Part shown: positions 15,909 through 24,980 of the stretch, one piece after another
How positions within the stretch are numbered: position 1 is the stretch's first letter
How the letters are laid out: the number at the start of each line of letters is the position of its first letter
Source of the DNA: a bacterium
Lineage (GTDB): Bacteria; Zhuqueibacterota; Zhuqueibacteria; Oceanimicrobiales; Oceanimicrobiaceae
Direction of reading: 5' to 3'
NCBI GenBank assembly: GCA_046757165.1
Contig: JBHHXT010000032.1
Span: forward strand, 1 to 35,237
DNA length: 35,237 bases
Position numbers and translations under genes: made by a program
The notes under the pieces: model-generated
What the model was told of the DNA's origin: nothing
Databases searched by the model: none
What the model saw: only the letters and a program-made list of their open reading frames with translations

Positions 15909-16022
15909 CGAACATGACGAAAGAAAAAGCAAGGGCGTTGTCTTGCTTCAGCATAAAAGTTGATTAAAGTTCTCCATCCACCCCTCCTTTCCCTAAACGG
16001 CGGAACTTAGTTCCGCCGTTTT
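15909..16022 (+). ncRNA. candidate sigma54-dependent small RNA (~110 nt)
   Basis: Promoter upstream, internal hairpin AAGCAAGG/TCTTGCTT (15927-15948), C/U tract TTCTCCATCCACCCCTCCTTTCCCT (15970-15994) and a 12-bp terminator. The 5' end is inferred. Confidence 0.55.
15995..16022. terminator. intrinsic terminator, potentially bidirectional
   Basis: AAACGGCGGAAC-TTA-GTTCCGCCGTTT(T) perfect stem; sits 10 nt past the stop of the minus-strand DUF4097 gene. Confidence 0.85.
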
Positions 16023-16032
16023 GGTTTCTCCT

Positions 16033-16818
16033 TTATCCCCCTTCCAGGATTCGGATTCCACCATTTGTCGTGTGCAAGACAATTCGTCCCCCGCCACCGT
16101 TGATTTCGCCGCGTATCTTTCGCCGGCTCATTTCCCCCTTGACCTTCATCGGAAAATCTGTTCTCACACGGCCGTTGGTGGTCCTCGCTTCGATGTAAGC
16201 GCGAAAATCACGGGGAAACGAGACTTCAATGCCACCATTTGTGGTCTTGAAATACATATCTTCGTCCTGGTCATAGTCGACAAGTTCAGCTTCAATTCTG
16301 CCATTGGTTGTCTTGGCTTCGATTTGCCCCCTGGACTCGATGATACGAATACTACCATTGGTACTGTGCGCACCAATCTTTCCGCGCAGGTCCGAGACCC
16401 GGATCTTGCCGTTGACCGTGCTGACGTGCAAGTCGAGCTCACGCGGCGCGGTGATACGGTAAGAAACCGTTACGTTTATCCCTCGTCCAAAAAGTGCGTT
16501 CCAGAAGCCATCGTGAAACCTGGGATAGTCAGTTTCGATCTCGAGAAAGTCATCCTCATGCTTTATGTGAATGCGTACCCGTTCCATGATTTCCCGGGCT
16601 TCACGACTGCTTCCAGCTCGTACAACCTTTTCGGCCACAACCCGCACCTCGTCCCGCTCCCAGGTATCAACGACGACTTCCCCATTGGTATTGCTGACAA
16701 CCACTTTGCCGCCCGTCCTCATGGGATAGGTCTGCTCAAATGTTTCACGATGCGTACCCGCCAGCACGCTACCCTGGAACAGGAGCAGGCCGCTTATGCA
16801 GAGAATCTTGAAACGCAT
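16033..16818 (-). CDS. DUF4097 family beta-strand repeat protein
   Basis: Signal peptide, repeated (S/T)TNGxI units, VSYRITAP, GEINGGGGRIVLHTTNGGIRI; AAGGAGG RBS before ATG 16818. Confidence 0.88.
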   Translation of the reverse strand: MRFKILCISGLLLFQGSVLAGTHRETFEQTYPMRTGGKVVVSNTNGEVVVDTWERDEVRVVAEKVVRAGSSREAREIMERVRIHIKHEDDFLEIETDYPRFHDGFWNALFGRGINVTVSYRITAPRELDLHVSTVNGKIRVSDLRGKIGAHSTNGSIRIIESRGQIEAKTTNGRIEAELVDYDQDEDMYFKTTNGGIEVSFPRDFRAYIEARTTNGRVRTDFPMKVKGEMSRRKIRGEINGGGGRIVLHTTNGGIRILEGG

Positions 16819-16880
16819 CGGTCCCTCCTTACTGTTTAGAGTCTGAAGAATTGTGGAAAGAAAAGTTAAGGCAAGCACAA

Positions 16881-17864
16881 TCAATTGCCCTTGAGAATAA
16901 TATTGCCATCGTCTGTTGTCGCTGTCAGGCGAGACTCCGCGCGACCCAGCACCCCATTCAATCTCTCACCGTCCTCGCCCCACTCGTGTATCGAGAACGC
17001 AAAGTCGGAGCGGATGCGGCCGTCTGCAGTGGTGAGATCGAGCGAGACGTTGCTCTCTTCAGACAGGGTGATGAGAATGTGGCCTTCGTCCGTAGACAGA
17101 CGGCACCGGCCTTCCGACGGGAGCTGAAGCTCCACCTCGACGTCTCCTTCGTCGGAGGAGATTCTACAATCTCCCGTTTTGACCTGGCTCACCATGATAT
17201 CGCCTTCATCGCTTCCAAGCTGGACATCACGCAATTCACAATTGACAAGCCGGATGCCTCCTTCATCAACGGAAAAATCCAGGCGTGAGCCGGGACCGCG
17301 GATGGTTTCGCATTCAACATCTCCCTCATCCAGGCGCAGTCTGACATCGACGGCTTGTAGATCCTTCAACGTGACATTGCCTTCATCCACCTGCAAATCC
17401 AACCGTCCTGAGACCCGCGAGACCTCCACGTCCCCCTCATCATTCTCAATTCTTAGCCTGATTCTTGCCGGAACAGTCAACTCATAATCGATCTGGTAAC
17501 TGGTGTGGTGACGCCACCGATTCGAATCGAATAGGTCGGCGAATCTGAAGGAGTCGTGACCATGCATCGCCGCTTCTTTAATGAAGAGCCTGTCGGCGGA
17601 ATGATCGATCTTGACGAACAGTTCTTCCATCAGCTCCTGCGCGCGGCGTTTATCCTGCTCCCAAACCGTCTTCGTAATTTTGAGATGGACTTCATCTCTG
17701 TCCCATGAGCTCACCGTTATGCGTCCCTCGTCACCGATGACTGTGACCGAGCCCCCTGTGCGCATTTGAAACCGTTTTTCCTCGACTTCCTTGATCTGGG
17801 CGGCAGAAAGACTCCACCAACAACTGAGCAGACCAAAAGAAAACAGCAAAATCCTTCTTCTCAT
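16881..17864 (-). CDS. DUF4097 family beta-strand repeat protein (acidic DEG repeats)
   Basis: Signal peptide, IDYELTVP, repeated xDEG(D)V/I units, TTDDGNII; GGAGAG RBS. Confidence 0.85.
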   Translation of the reverse strand: MRRRILLFSFGLLSCWWSLSAAQIKEVEEKRFQMRTGGSVTVIGDEGRITVSSWDRDEVHLKITKTVWEQDKRRAQELMEELFVKIDHSADRLFIKEAAMHGHDSFRFADLFDSNRWRHHTSYQIDYELTVPARIRLRIENDEGDVEVSRVSGRLDLQVDEGNVTLKDLQAVDVRLRLDEGDVECETIRGPGSRLDFSVDEGGIRLVNCELRDVQLGSDEGDIMVSQVKTGDCRISSDEGDVEVELQLPSEGRCRLSTDEGHILITLSEESNVSLDLTTADGRIRSDFAFSIHEWGEDGERLNGVLGRAESRLTATTDDGNIILKGN

Positions 17865-17895
17865 TTTTCTCTCCACAAATCTTGTCAAATATTAT

Positions 17896-17923
17896 CAGAC
17901 AGGTCGAATTTGGAATTGTTGCA
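17896..17923 (-). promoter_or_regulatory. candidate ECF-sigma promoter (TGCAAC-N16-TGTCTG)
   Basis: AAC-containing -35 and GTC-containing -10 at 16-nt spacing, ~30 nt upstream of the DUF4097 start. Confidence 0.45.
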
Positions 17924-17970
17924 GCCGGGTGAGAAGAGACAATCAGTTGCCTCAACTAAGCACAATAAAA

Positions 17971-18999
17971 TTATGCCTTTTCACTACGAAGGCAGTCGAG
18001 CAAAAGTTGCATGTCTTCGGGCAGACTCGATTCAAACCGCATGTACTCGTTCGTGATGGGATGGGTAAAGCCAAGCACTTTTGCGTGCAAGGCCTGGCGT
18101 GGCATCATCTCGAGCAGCGTGGTCGCAGCTTGCCGGTCGCGGCTGGAGAGCGCGTTCAGTTGCCGGCGGCGCCCGCCGTACACATAGTCTCCAAAGACCG
18201 GATGGCCCAGGAAGGAAAGATGGACCCGGATCTGGTGGGTTCTGCCTGTTTCCAATTTCAATTGAACCAAAGCATGATTTCTGAAACGCTCCAGGACCTG
18301 GTAGTGGGTGATCGCCAGCTTGCCGTCCGGCTGTACGCTCATACGCCTCCTGTCCTTTGGGCTGCGCGCAATGGTGTTTTCGATGCGGCCTTGTTTGTGC
18401 CTGAAGGGATGCCAGGCGATCGCCCGGTAAAGTCGTTCTGTCGACTTTTGCTTGAACTGGGCAGAGAGGTCTCGATGAGCCCGATCATTCTTGGCCACGA
18501 CCATGATGCCAGAGGTCTCTTTGTCGAGCCGGTGGACAATCCCTGGCCGTTGTCGCCCCCCGATCGAAGAAAGGTCTCCACAGTGATACAAGAGTGCGTT
18601 GACCAGCGTACCGGTGTAGTTGGCAAAGGCAGGATGGACCACCATGCCCGTGTCCTTATTCAGGACCAGCAGATGCTCATCCTCATACAATATCTTGATT
18701 GGAATCTTCTCTGGCAGGATATCGACTTTCGTGGGCTTTGGAATACAGACGTCGATCTTCTGAGCAGGCAGAACGATGTGGCTGGATTTCGCCGGCTCAC
18801 CATCAACCAGCACCAATCCCTCCGCGATGACCTTCTGCAGCCGTGCACGAGAGAACTGGCCGAGAAACCGCGTCAGAAATTTATCCAGACGCTCCCTGGT
18901 CTGGTTCCGGGGAACAACGATTTCAAAAAGGTTTTCCTCCTGCATAAGAAAGGGATTGGGATGTGGTAAGAGAGGAAAGGCGTGCAGCGATGGACTCAA
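17971..18999 (-). CDS. rluD: RluA/RluD family 23S rRNA pseudouridine synthase
   Basis: S4 domain (RLDKFL...SRARLQ), GMVVHP, GIVHRLDKETSG, LETGRTHQIRVH, QALHA; start is 18999 or 18945. Confidence 0.93.
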   Translation of the reverse strand: MSPSLHAFPLLPHPNPFLMQEENLFEIVVPRNQTRERLDKFLTRFLGQFSRARLQKVIAEGLVLVDGEPAKSSHIVLPAQKIDVCIPKPTKVDILPEKIPIKILYEDEHLLVLNKDTGMVVHPAFANYTGTLVNALLYHCGDLSSIGGRQRPGIVHRLDKETSGIMVVAKNDRAHRDLSAQFKQKSTERLYRAIAWHPFRHKQGRIENTIARSPKDRRRMSVQPDGKLAITHYQVLERFRNHALVQLKLETGRTHQIRVHLSFLGHPVFGDYVYGGRRRQLNALSSRDRQAATTLLEMMPRQALHAKVLGFTHPITNEYMRFESSLPEDMQLLLDCLRSEKA

Positions 19000-19478
19000 G
19001 CCGCAATCTTTTTGCCTTCATCCGCCTTTTGTGGGCTTTTGTCGAAAAGAATCATTGTCAGGAGCATCACCATGCCGATGGTCACGGCACTGTCAGCGAT
19101 ATTGAAAATCGGCCAATCGATTCCACCGACGCGCACATCGATAAAATCGACGACTCCGCCGTAGAGAAAGCGGTCGATAAGATTGCCAACCGCACCACCT
19201 AGGATAAGCGTGAGTGAGAGGCGTAGCATCACTCTTTCCTCGCGCGCCCGAACAATATAAATAAAAATAACCACGGTCGCCAGCAGTGAGAAGACGGTGA
19301 AAAACGTCTGGCCTCCGAATTGAATTCCAAAAGCCATGCCCCGGTTCTCGATAAACGTCAACGACACCCATTCGCCGATAATCTTGTGCTGCTTGCCATA
19401 TTCGAAATAGAAACGAACAAGCAATTTTGAAATTTGATCTATTATTATCACAATAATAGACAGACTCGAGACCTTCAA
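18996..19478 (-). CDS. lspA: lipoprotein signal peptidase II
   Basis: DQISK, NRGMAFG, GGAVGNLIDR, VVDFI, PIFNIADS. Confidence 0.96.
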   Translation of the reverse strand: MKVSSLSIIVIIIDQISKLLVRFYFEYGKQHKIIGEWVSLTFIENRGMAFGIQFGGQTFFTVFSLLATVVIFIYIVRAREERVMLRLSLTLILGGAVGNLIDRFLYGGVVDFIDVRVGGIDWPIFNIADSAVTIGMVMLLTMILFDKSPQKADEGKKIAA

Positions 19479-19505
19479 ATGACCTTGCCGAGGTTCGTTA
19501 GAACA

Positions 19506-19877
19506 TTATTGCTTTTCAGCCTTTTCCTTGCAAGGGACACAGCGAGTAGCCGTGGGGACAGCGAGCAGCCTTTCCCGCGGAATAGGCTGGGAGCAATCCG
19601 GGCAAATCCCATACGAGCCGTCATCGATCCGCTCCAACGCCTGCTCTATGTGAGACAGATACTTCCCCTCCCTCGAAGCAAGAAAGAACGCCTTTTCACG
19701 CTCCATGTTATCTGTGCCCACATCTGCCATATGAAAAGAATAGGCAGAGTTCTCTCCGGAGGAATCCTTTAAAGTCGCGGCCGCATCACGATCCTTGAAC
19801 TGATCCAGGTCTTTGAGCAGCTCGTTCCGTTTTTCAAGAAGTATTTGCTTGAACTCTTCAATCTCTTCTCGAGTCAT
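19506..19877 (-). CDS. TraR/DksA family C4 zinc-finger protein
   Basis: Coiled coil with HMADVGTD, then ALERI..GSYGICPDC...IPRERLLAVP.A..CVPC; GGAGG RBS. Confidence 0.92.
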   Translation of the reverse strand: MTREEIEEFKQILLEKRNELLKDLDQFKDRDAAATLKDSSGENSAYSFHMADVGTDNMEREKAFFLASREGKYLSHIEQALERIDDGSYGICPDCSQPIPRERLLAVPTATRCVPCKEKAEKQ

Positions 19878-19942
19878 ACAGACCTCCTATGCATATGATT
19901 TTCAGCTTAGATCCCTTAAACCCAATTGCGATCTTTCCAATA

Positions 19943-22900
19943 TTAACTGACTTTTTCGATTCCAATTACAGTCTTGCATCCGTCAATCTCCCATTCTTCA
20001 GAAACCGCAGAGGGTGCCATCTCTGCTGAAATAGACGCGGCCAGGGTTTCATTGCGAACATAGTTCGATTGTACCTCGATAGCTCTGAGCACCTCATCGG
20101 ATGAGGAGCAGTAAATATTTATTCGGTCGACGACATCAAATCCTGCATTTTTGCGCATATTCTGCACACGGTTGACAAACTCTCGGGCCAACCCTTCCAG
20201 ACGGAGCGCTTCGTTGATGCGAATATCCAGGGCGACTGTCAGGCCGTTCTCGGTCTGCACAGCCAGACCTTCGGCGCTTTCGGACCGAACTTCGACCTCG
20301 TCTGGTAAGACCCTGTGCTTTGTCCCATCAATTTCGACCTCGACTTCACCGGCTGCGGCAAGGGTTTCAATTTGGTCATCGCCCCATTCACGGATTATTT
20401 TTGCCACTTTGTTGACGTTCTTGACAAAGCGGGGACCAAGCTGCTTGAAGTTTGGAAGAGCTTGTTTGGAGGTAAGCTGCCGTGCATCGGCCACAAACTC
20501 AACCTGCTTGATGTTCAGCTCGTCCAAAACCAGGCTGGCCATGCCGGTTATCTGCTCTTGCATCTTCTGGTCACGGGCAACCACGATGATCCGCTGCAAC
20601 GGCTGCCGCACTTTGAGCCCTATTTCATTGCGAATGGCCCGCCCCAGAAAAACCACCCGCCGAACGACGTTCATTCTTGCGACCAGTTCGTTGTCTCTGT
20701 AGGCATGCTGCGGTGCTTCCGGTCTCGGACGGTAGGTCAGGTGCACGCTTTCGGCTTTCTCACTCAGGCTGCGCGTGAGATTCAAATAGATCTCGTCAGA
20801 CAAAAAGGGCGCATAGGGAGCCATGAGTTTGGCAACCGTCAGCAGCACCTCGTAAAGTGTTTCGTAGGCCGCACGCTTATCAGACCCCATTTCCGACTTC
20901 CAGAACCGGCGACGGCAGCGGCGGACATACCAATTGGAGAGATCGTCAAGCACGAAATCAGCGATTGCGCGGGCAGCTTTGGTCAGCTCGTAGCGTGTGA
21001 GCTGGCTGTCGACCTGCGCAACCAGCGCGTTCAGCGCGCTCAGGAGCCAACGGTCGATCTCAGCTCGCTTTTCCACCTCCACCTCTGACTTTGTGTAGAC
21101 AAAATTGTCAATGTTGGCGTACATGGCAAAAAACGAATACACGTTCAGCAGGGTGCCAAAGAATTTTCGCACAACTTCCTTGACGCCCTCCGGGTCAAAC
21201 CTAGTTGGCACCCACGGAGGACTGACCGTTAGCAGGTACCACCGGAGCGCATCGGCGCCATGTTCGTTCAGAATCCTGTTCGGGTCCACGGTGTTTCCCA
21301 CCGACTTGGACATCTTCTTGCCGAACTTGTCAAGGATCATGTCGACCGAAACGCAAGTCTTGTAACACGGCTTATCAAAAAGCATGGTGGCAATGGCCAG
21401 CAAAGAGTAAAACCACCCACGTGTTTGATCGACCCCTTCCGAAATAAAATCCGCCGGAAACGACTGCTCGAAAATCTTCTTGTTTTCGAACGGGTAGTGC
21501 CACTGCGCCACCGGCATACTCCCGGAGTCGAACCAGACATCGATCACCTCAGGCACGCGCGCCATCGTGCTTCCACATTTCTGGCAGGGAACCTGGACCG
21601 CGTCGATGTGCGGCTTGTGCAAGTCCGGGATCTGCTCGCTGCCAGCCAGTTCCTGCAGCTCTTGCACGCTGCCGATGCAATGCGCGTGCTCGCACGCATC
21701 ACACAGCCAGATTGGCAGTGGCGTTCCCCAGTAGCGGTCCCGGGAAAGCGACCAGTCGACATTGTTCTGCAACCACTCACCAAAACGGCCCTCGCCGATT
21801 TCTTTTGGAATCCAGGTGACGGAGCTGTTGTGGTGAAGTAGGCGGTCTTTCAATGAGGTGGTGCGAATGAACCAGGATTCCCTGGCACAATAGAGCAGCG
21901 GCGAGCTACACCGCCAGCAATGCGGGTAGCTGTGCCGGAACGTTTCCGCTTTGTAGAGCAGGCCCCTTTGGTCCAAATCTGCAATGATTTCCGGGTCTGC
22001 TGCCTTCACGAACCGGTCCCGGAACTGCGTGACTTCGGCGGTGAACTTTCCGCTCTTGTCAACAGGTTGCAGGACGGGCAGATCATACTTCTTTCCGATA
22101 ACATAATCGTCCTCGCCAAATGCGGGCGCGATATGCACAATGCCAGAGCCCTCTTCGGTTGAGACAAACGGCCCCCCAACGGTGTAGTATAGCTTCTTGT
22201 CCGTCTTGCAGAAGGTAAACAGCGGCTCATACTCCATACCGGCCAGGGCATTGCCCGTGAATGCTTCCACAATCGCGTACTCGCCTTCGAGAACCGATAA
22301 ACGCGCTTCGGCCAGAATCAGGAACTCCCCCCGGTGTTGGACTTTGACGTATTTAATCTCTGGATGTAGCGCCAGGGCGACATTCGAAATCAGTGTCCAC
22401 GGGGTGGTCGTCCAGACCAGAAAGGAGGTGCTCTCCTGGCCTTTCACAGCCATTTTCACGTACAGCGACGGATCTTCTACGTCCTGGTACCCTTGCGACA
22501 CCTCGTGGCTGGAAAGCGGTGTCTCACATCGGGGACAGTACGGGATGATCCGATGTCCGCGATAGAGCAAGTCCTTCTTCCAAAACTCGCTCAGAATCCA
22601 CCAAACCGATTCAATGTAGTCATTTTCATAGGTGATGTAGGGGTGTTCGAGATCGACCCAAAAGCCGATTCTACGAGTCAGGTCATCCCATTCGTTTTTG
22701 TACTTCCAGACACTTTCGCGGCATTTGGCATTGAACTTGTCGATACCAAATTCTTCGATTTGCTCCTTGCTCGTGAACCCCAGCTCTTTTTCGACCTCGA
22801 TTTCAACCGGCAAGCCATGCGTGTCCCATCCGGCCTTGCGCTCCACCCGGTAGCCTTCCATGGTCTTGAGCCGGCACACCAGGTCTTTGATAGTCCTGGA

Positions 22901-23086
22901 AATCACGTGGTGGATACCCGGCTTGCCGTTTGCGGTTGGCGGCCCTTCATAAAAGATAAAAGGCTTCTCCGGGTCGCGGCTGTCAATACTCTGCTGGAAG
23001 ATGCTGTGCTTCTCCCAGTACTCGAGGATTTCGTTTTCCAATTCAGGAAAATTTAGCTGTGACGAAAGTTGCTTATACATCGACAT
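19943..23086 (-). CDS. ileS: isoleucine--tRNA ligase, type 2
   Basis: EGPPTANGKPGIHH, GWDTHGLP, WTTTPWTL, SRDRYWGTPLP, EGVDQTRGWF, KMSKS, and a type-2 C-terminus (EGLAREFVNRVQNMRK) without a zinc-finger tail. Confidence 0.97.
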   Translation of the reverse strand: MSMYKQLSSQLNFPELENEILEYWEKHSIFQQSIDSRDPEKPFIFYEGPPTANGKPGIHHVISRTIKDLVCRLKTMEGYRVERKAGWDTHGLPVEIEVEKELGFTSKEQIEEFGIDKFNAKCRESVWKYKNEWDDLTRRIGFWVDLEHPYITYENDYIESVWWILSEFWKKDLLYRGHRIIPYCPRCETPLSSHEVSQGYQDVEDPSLYVKMAVKGQESTSFLVWTTTPWTLISNVALALHPEIKYVKVQHRGEFLILAEARLSVLEGEYAIVEAFTGNALAGMEYEPLFTFCKTDKKLYYTVGGPFVSTEEGSGIVHIAPAFGEDDYVIGKKYDLPVLQPVDKSGKFTAEVTQFRDRFVKAADPEIIADLDQRGLLYKAETFRHSYPHCWRCSSPLLYCARESWFIRTTSLKDRLLHHNSSVTWIPKEIGEGRFGEWLQNNVDWSLSRDRYWGTPLPIWLCDACEHAHCIGSVQELQELAGSEQIPDLHKPHIDAVQVPCQKCGSTMARVPEVIDVWFDSGSMPVAQWHYPFENKKIFEQSFPADFISEGVDQTRGWFYSLLAIATMLFDKPCYKTCVSVDMILDKFGKKMSKSVGNTVDPNRILNEHGADALRWYLLTVSPPWVPTRFDPEGVKEVVRKFFGTLLNVYSFFAMYANIDNFVYTKSEVEVEKRAEIDRWLLSALNALVAQVDSQLTRYELTKAARAIADFVLDDLSNWYVRRCRRRFWKSEMGSDKRAAYETLYEVLLTVAKLMAPYAPFLSDEIYLNLTRSLSEKAESVHLTYRPRPEAPQHAYRDNELVARMNVVRRVVFLGRAIRNEIGLKVRQPLQRIIVVARDQKMQEQITGMASLVLDELNIKQVEFVADARQLTSKQALPNFKQLGPRFVKNVNKVAKIIREWGDDQIETLAAAGEVEVEIDGTKHRVLPDEVEVRSESAEGLAVQTENGLTVALDIRINEALRLEGLAREFVNRVQNMRKNAGFDVVDRINIYCSSSDEVLRAIEVQSNYVRNETLAASISAEMAPSAVSEEWEIDGCKTVIGIEKVS

Positions 23087-23117
23087 CCAAGGTTGTCCGT
23101 AAAGGTGTCTATTCCAA

Positions 23118-23939
23118 TTAAGTGCTCTCGATAACTTTCTTCATGATTCTCGTTAGTTTGGGCTCGGCTTCCGCTGCCACTCTCAGAATCTCCTGAATGT
23201 TTACCGGCTTGAGCGCATCAGGCAAGCAGGCGTCGGTGACAACGGAAAGTCCCAGAACCCGCATCGAGCTGTGCACCGCAACAATGACCTCTGGCACGGT
23301 CGACATGCCGACGACATCGGCGCCGATGCACCGAAGGAATCGGTACTCCGCGCGCGTTTCGAGGCACGGTCCGGCAACTGCGACGTAGACGCCCTTCTGG
23401 ACTTTGATTCCTTCCTGCAGCGCGATTTGCTCAGCGAGCTCGATCAGCTCATGGCAGTACGGCTCAGACATGTCCGGGAATCTCGGTCCCAGTGCATCGT
23501 CGTTCGGCCCTATCAATGGGTTGTCACCCAGCAGGTTGATGTGATCGGAAATGATCATAATGTCGCCCGGCGAGTATTGCGGATTCATGCCGCCGCAAGC
23601 GTTTGAAACCAGCAGCGTCTGGGCTCCCGTGCTTTTCATCACCCTGACCGGAAAGGTGATCTGATGCATGGTGTACCCTTCGTAATAGTGAAACCGACCC
23701 TGCATCGCCATCACGGGCTTGCCGGCAATCTTACCGAAGATCAAACGTCCTTGATGGCTCTCGACCGTCGACAGGGGAAAGTGTGGAATCTCATCATACG
23801 GGATAAGCGCTTCCTGCTCGATCTCTTCAGCCAGCGCGCCCAGCCCGGTGCCTAAGATAATTCCGACTTCGGGCGAGATACCCGTCTTGGCCGCCAGGAA
23901 GTCAGAAGCTTCTTCAATATTGGCTCGCAAGTCTTCCAT
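23118..23939 (-). CDS. punA: purine-nucleoside phosphorylase (trimeric PNP/MTAP family)
   Basis: [47 protein letters not shown]. Confidence 0.93.
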   Translation of the reverse strand: MEDLRANIEEASDFLAAKTGISPEVGIILGTGLGALAEEIEQEALIPYDEIPHFPLSTVESHQGRLIFGKIAGKPVMAMQGRFHYYEGYTMHQITFPVRVMKSTGAQTLLVSNACGGMNPQYSPGDIMIISDHINLLGDNPLIGPNDDALGPRFPDMSEPYCHELIELAEQIALQEGIKVQKGVYVAVAGPCLETRAEYRFLRCIGADVVGMSTVPEVIVAVHSSMRVLGLSVVTDACLPDALKPVNIQEILRVAAEAEPKLTRIMKKVIEST

Positions 23940-23949
23940 TCGTCCTCAA

Positions 23950-24666
23950 TCAGATGATCAATTGGTCTGAAATTCGTGAGTTCTTTTCCTGCTCAGGGTC
24001 GTCGTGTTTCTCACCTTCGTCATCAATCCGTCTCCTTCCCCAATTGATCCCATGCGGTGATTCCACATCGACGGCCCCTGGTTCGGGTGCGGGAGAGGCT
24101 GCTGGCTGTTGCGGCAGCGCGTCGTCCACAGCTTCAAACTCGGGTTTCGCCTGCGGTCGCGGAACTGGTTGCGTGTGCGCCGGTCGCGGCTGAGATTCGT
24201 ATTTCTTAAAGCCCAGGTCGTCGAGCTCGAGGACGGCGATCAAATCCAGTTGCGATTCTAGCAGATGGCGCAGTCTGCGGGCAAATGAATCCTTTTGAGC
24301 TTTCACCACGACGAGCTCATTTTTCATCTCGGCCAATCTCAGCTTCGCACTCTCGAGCACCTTCTCTGCTTTCAGCTCGGCCTCGCGGATGATCATCTCC
24401 GCTTCCCGGTTGGAATTCTCTTTGGACTCCTTGATAGATTCCTGGGCGCTGACCAGAGTTTCCTGCAAAGTTCTTTCAACGCTCTGGTAATCTTTAAGCT
24501 GTGTCTTTAACGTCAGCACTTCATCTGCCAACTGCTTCCTTTCGCCAATCAAGCGTTCAAGCTCATCCGACACCATTTCCAAAAACGCATCGACCTCTAC
24601 CGCGTCATAGCCTCGGAATGACTTTTTGAACTCTTGTTTCTTAACATCCAACGGAGTGAGCTTCAT
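23950..24666 (-). CDS. DivIVA domain-containing protein
   Basis: MKLTPLDVKKQEFKKSFRGYDAVEVDAFL, a long coiled coil and a Pro/acidic tail; AGGAGG RBS before ATG 24666. Confidence 0.92.
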   Translation of the reverse strand: MKLTPLDVKKQEFKKSFRGYDAVEVDAFLEMVSDELERLIGERKQLADEVLTLKTQLKDYQSVERTLQETLVSAQESIKESKENSNREAEMIIREAELKAEKVLESAKLRLAEMKNELVVVKAQKDSFARRLRHLLESQLDLIAVLELDDLGFKKYESQPRPAHTQPVPRPQAKPEFEAVDDALPQQPAASPAPEPGAVDVESPHGINWGRRRIDDEGEKHDDPEQEKNSRISDQLII

Positions 24667-24732
24667 CTTGATCACCTCCTGCGAAAATACGTTTCAGATA
24701 TCATCATCACCCTTCGACGCCATTCATGATGC

Positions 24733-24966
24733 TCAATAGATCAGATTGCGCAAGAACGACAGGGCAAGAATCAGAATGAGCGGTGACAAATCGAGACCGC
24801 CGATGCTCGGAATGACCCCGCGGATTTTGCTCAAGACCGGCTCGGTGATGTCCACCAGGAATTTAACGAAAGGATTGCTGGCGTCCACACTGAACCACGA
24901 AAGAATAACGCGAATAATCACGACAGCCATGTAGATATCGATGAGATTAGCCAGTAAGTGTGCCAT
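24733..24966 (-). CDS. yggT: YggT family membrane protein
   Basis: RVILSW...NPFVKFL...TEPVL..IR..IP.IGGLDLSP. Confidence 0.92.
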   Translation of the reverse strand: MAHLLANLIDIYMAVVIIRVILSWFSVDASNPFVKFLVDITEPVLSKIRGVIPSIGGLDLSPLILILALSFLRNLIY

Positions 24967-24980
24967 AGTGCCTCAACAGT

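Noticed and set aside
15914..15967. 17-aa ORF MTKEKARALSCFSIKVD inside the candidate sRNA
   Set aside because: No Shine-Dalgarno sequence, only ~5 nt from the predicted 5' end, and no protein-like features. It cannot be fully excluded without Ribo-seq.
23087..23117. T-box riboswitch upstream of ileS
   Set aside because: The gap is only 31 nt, with no T-box motif or terminator.
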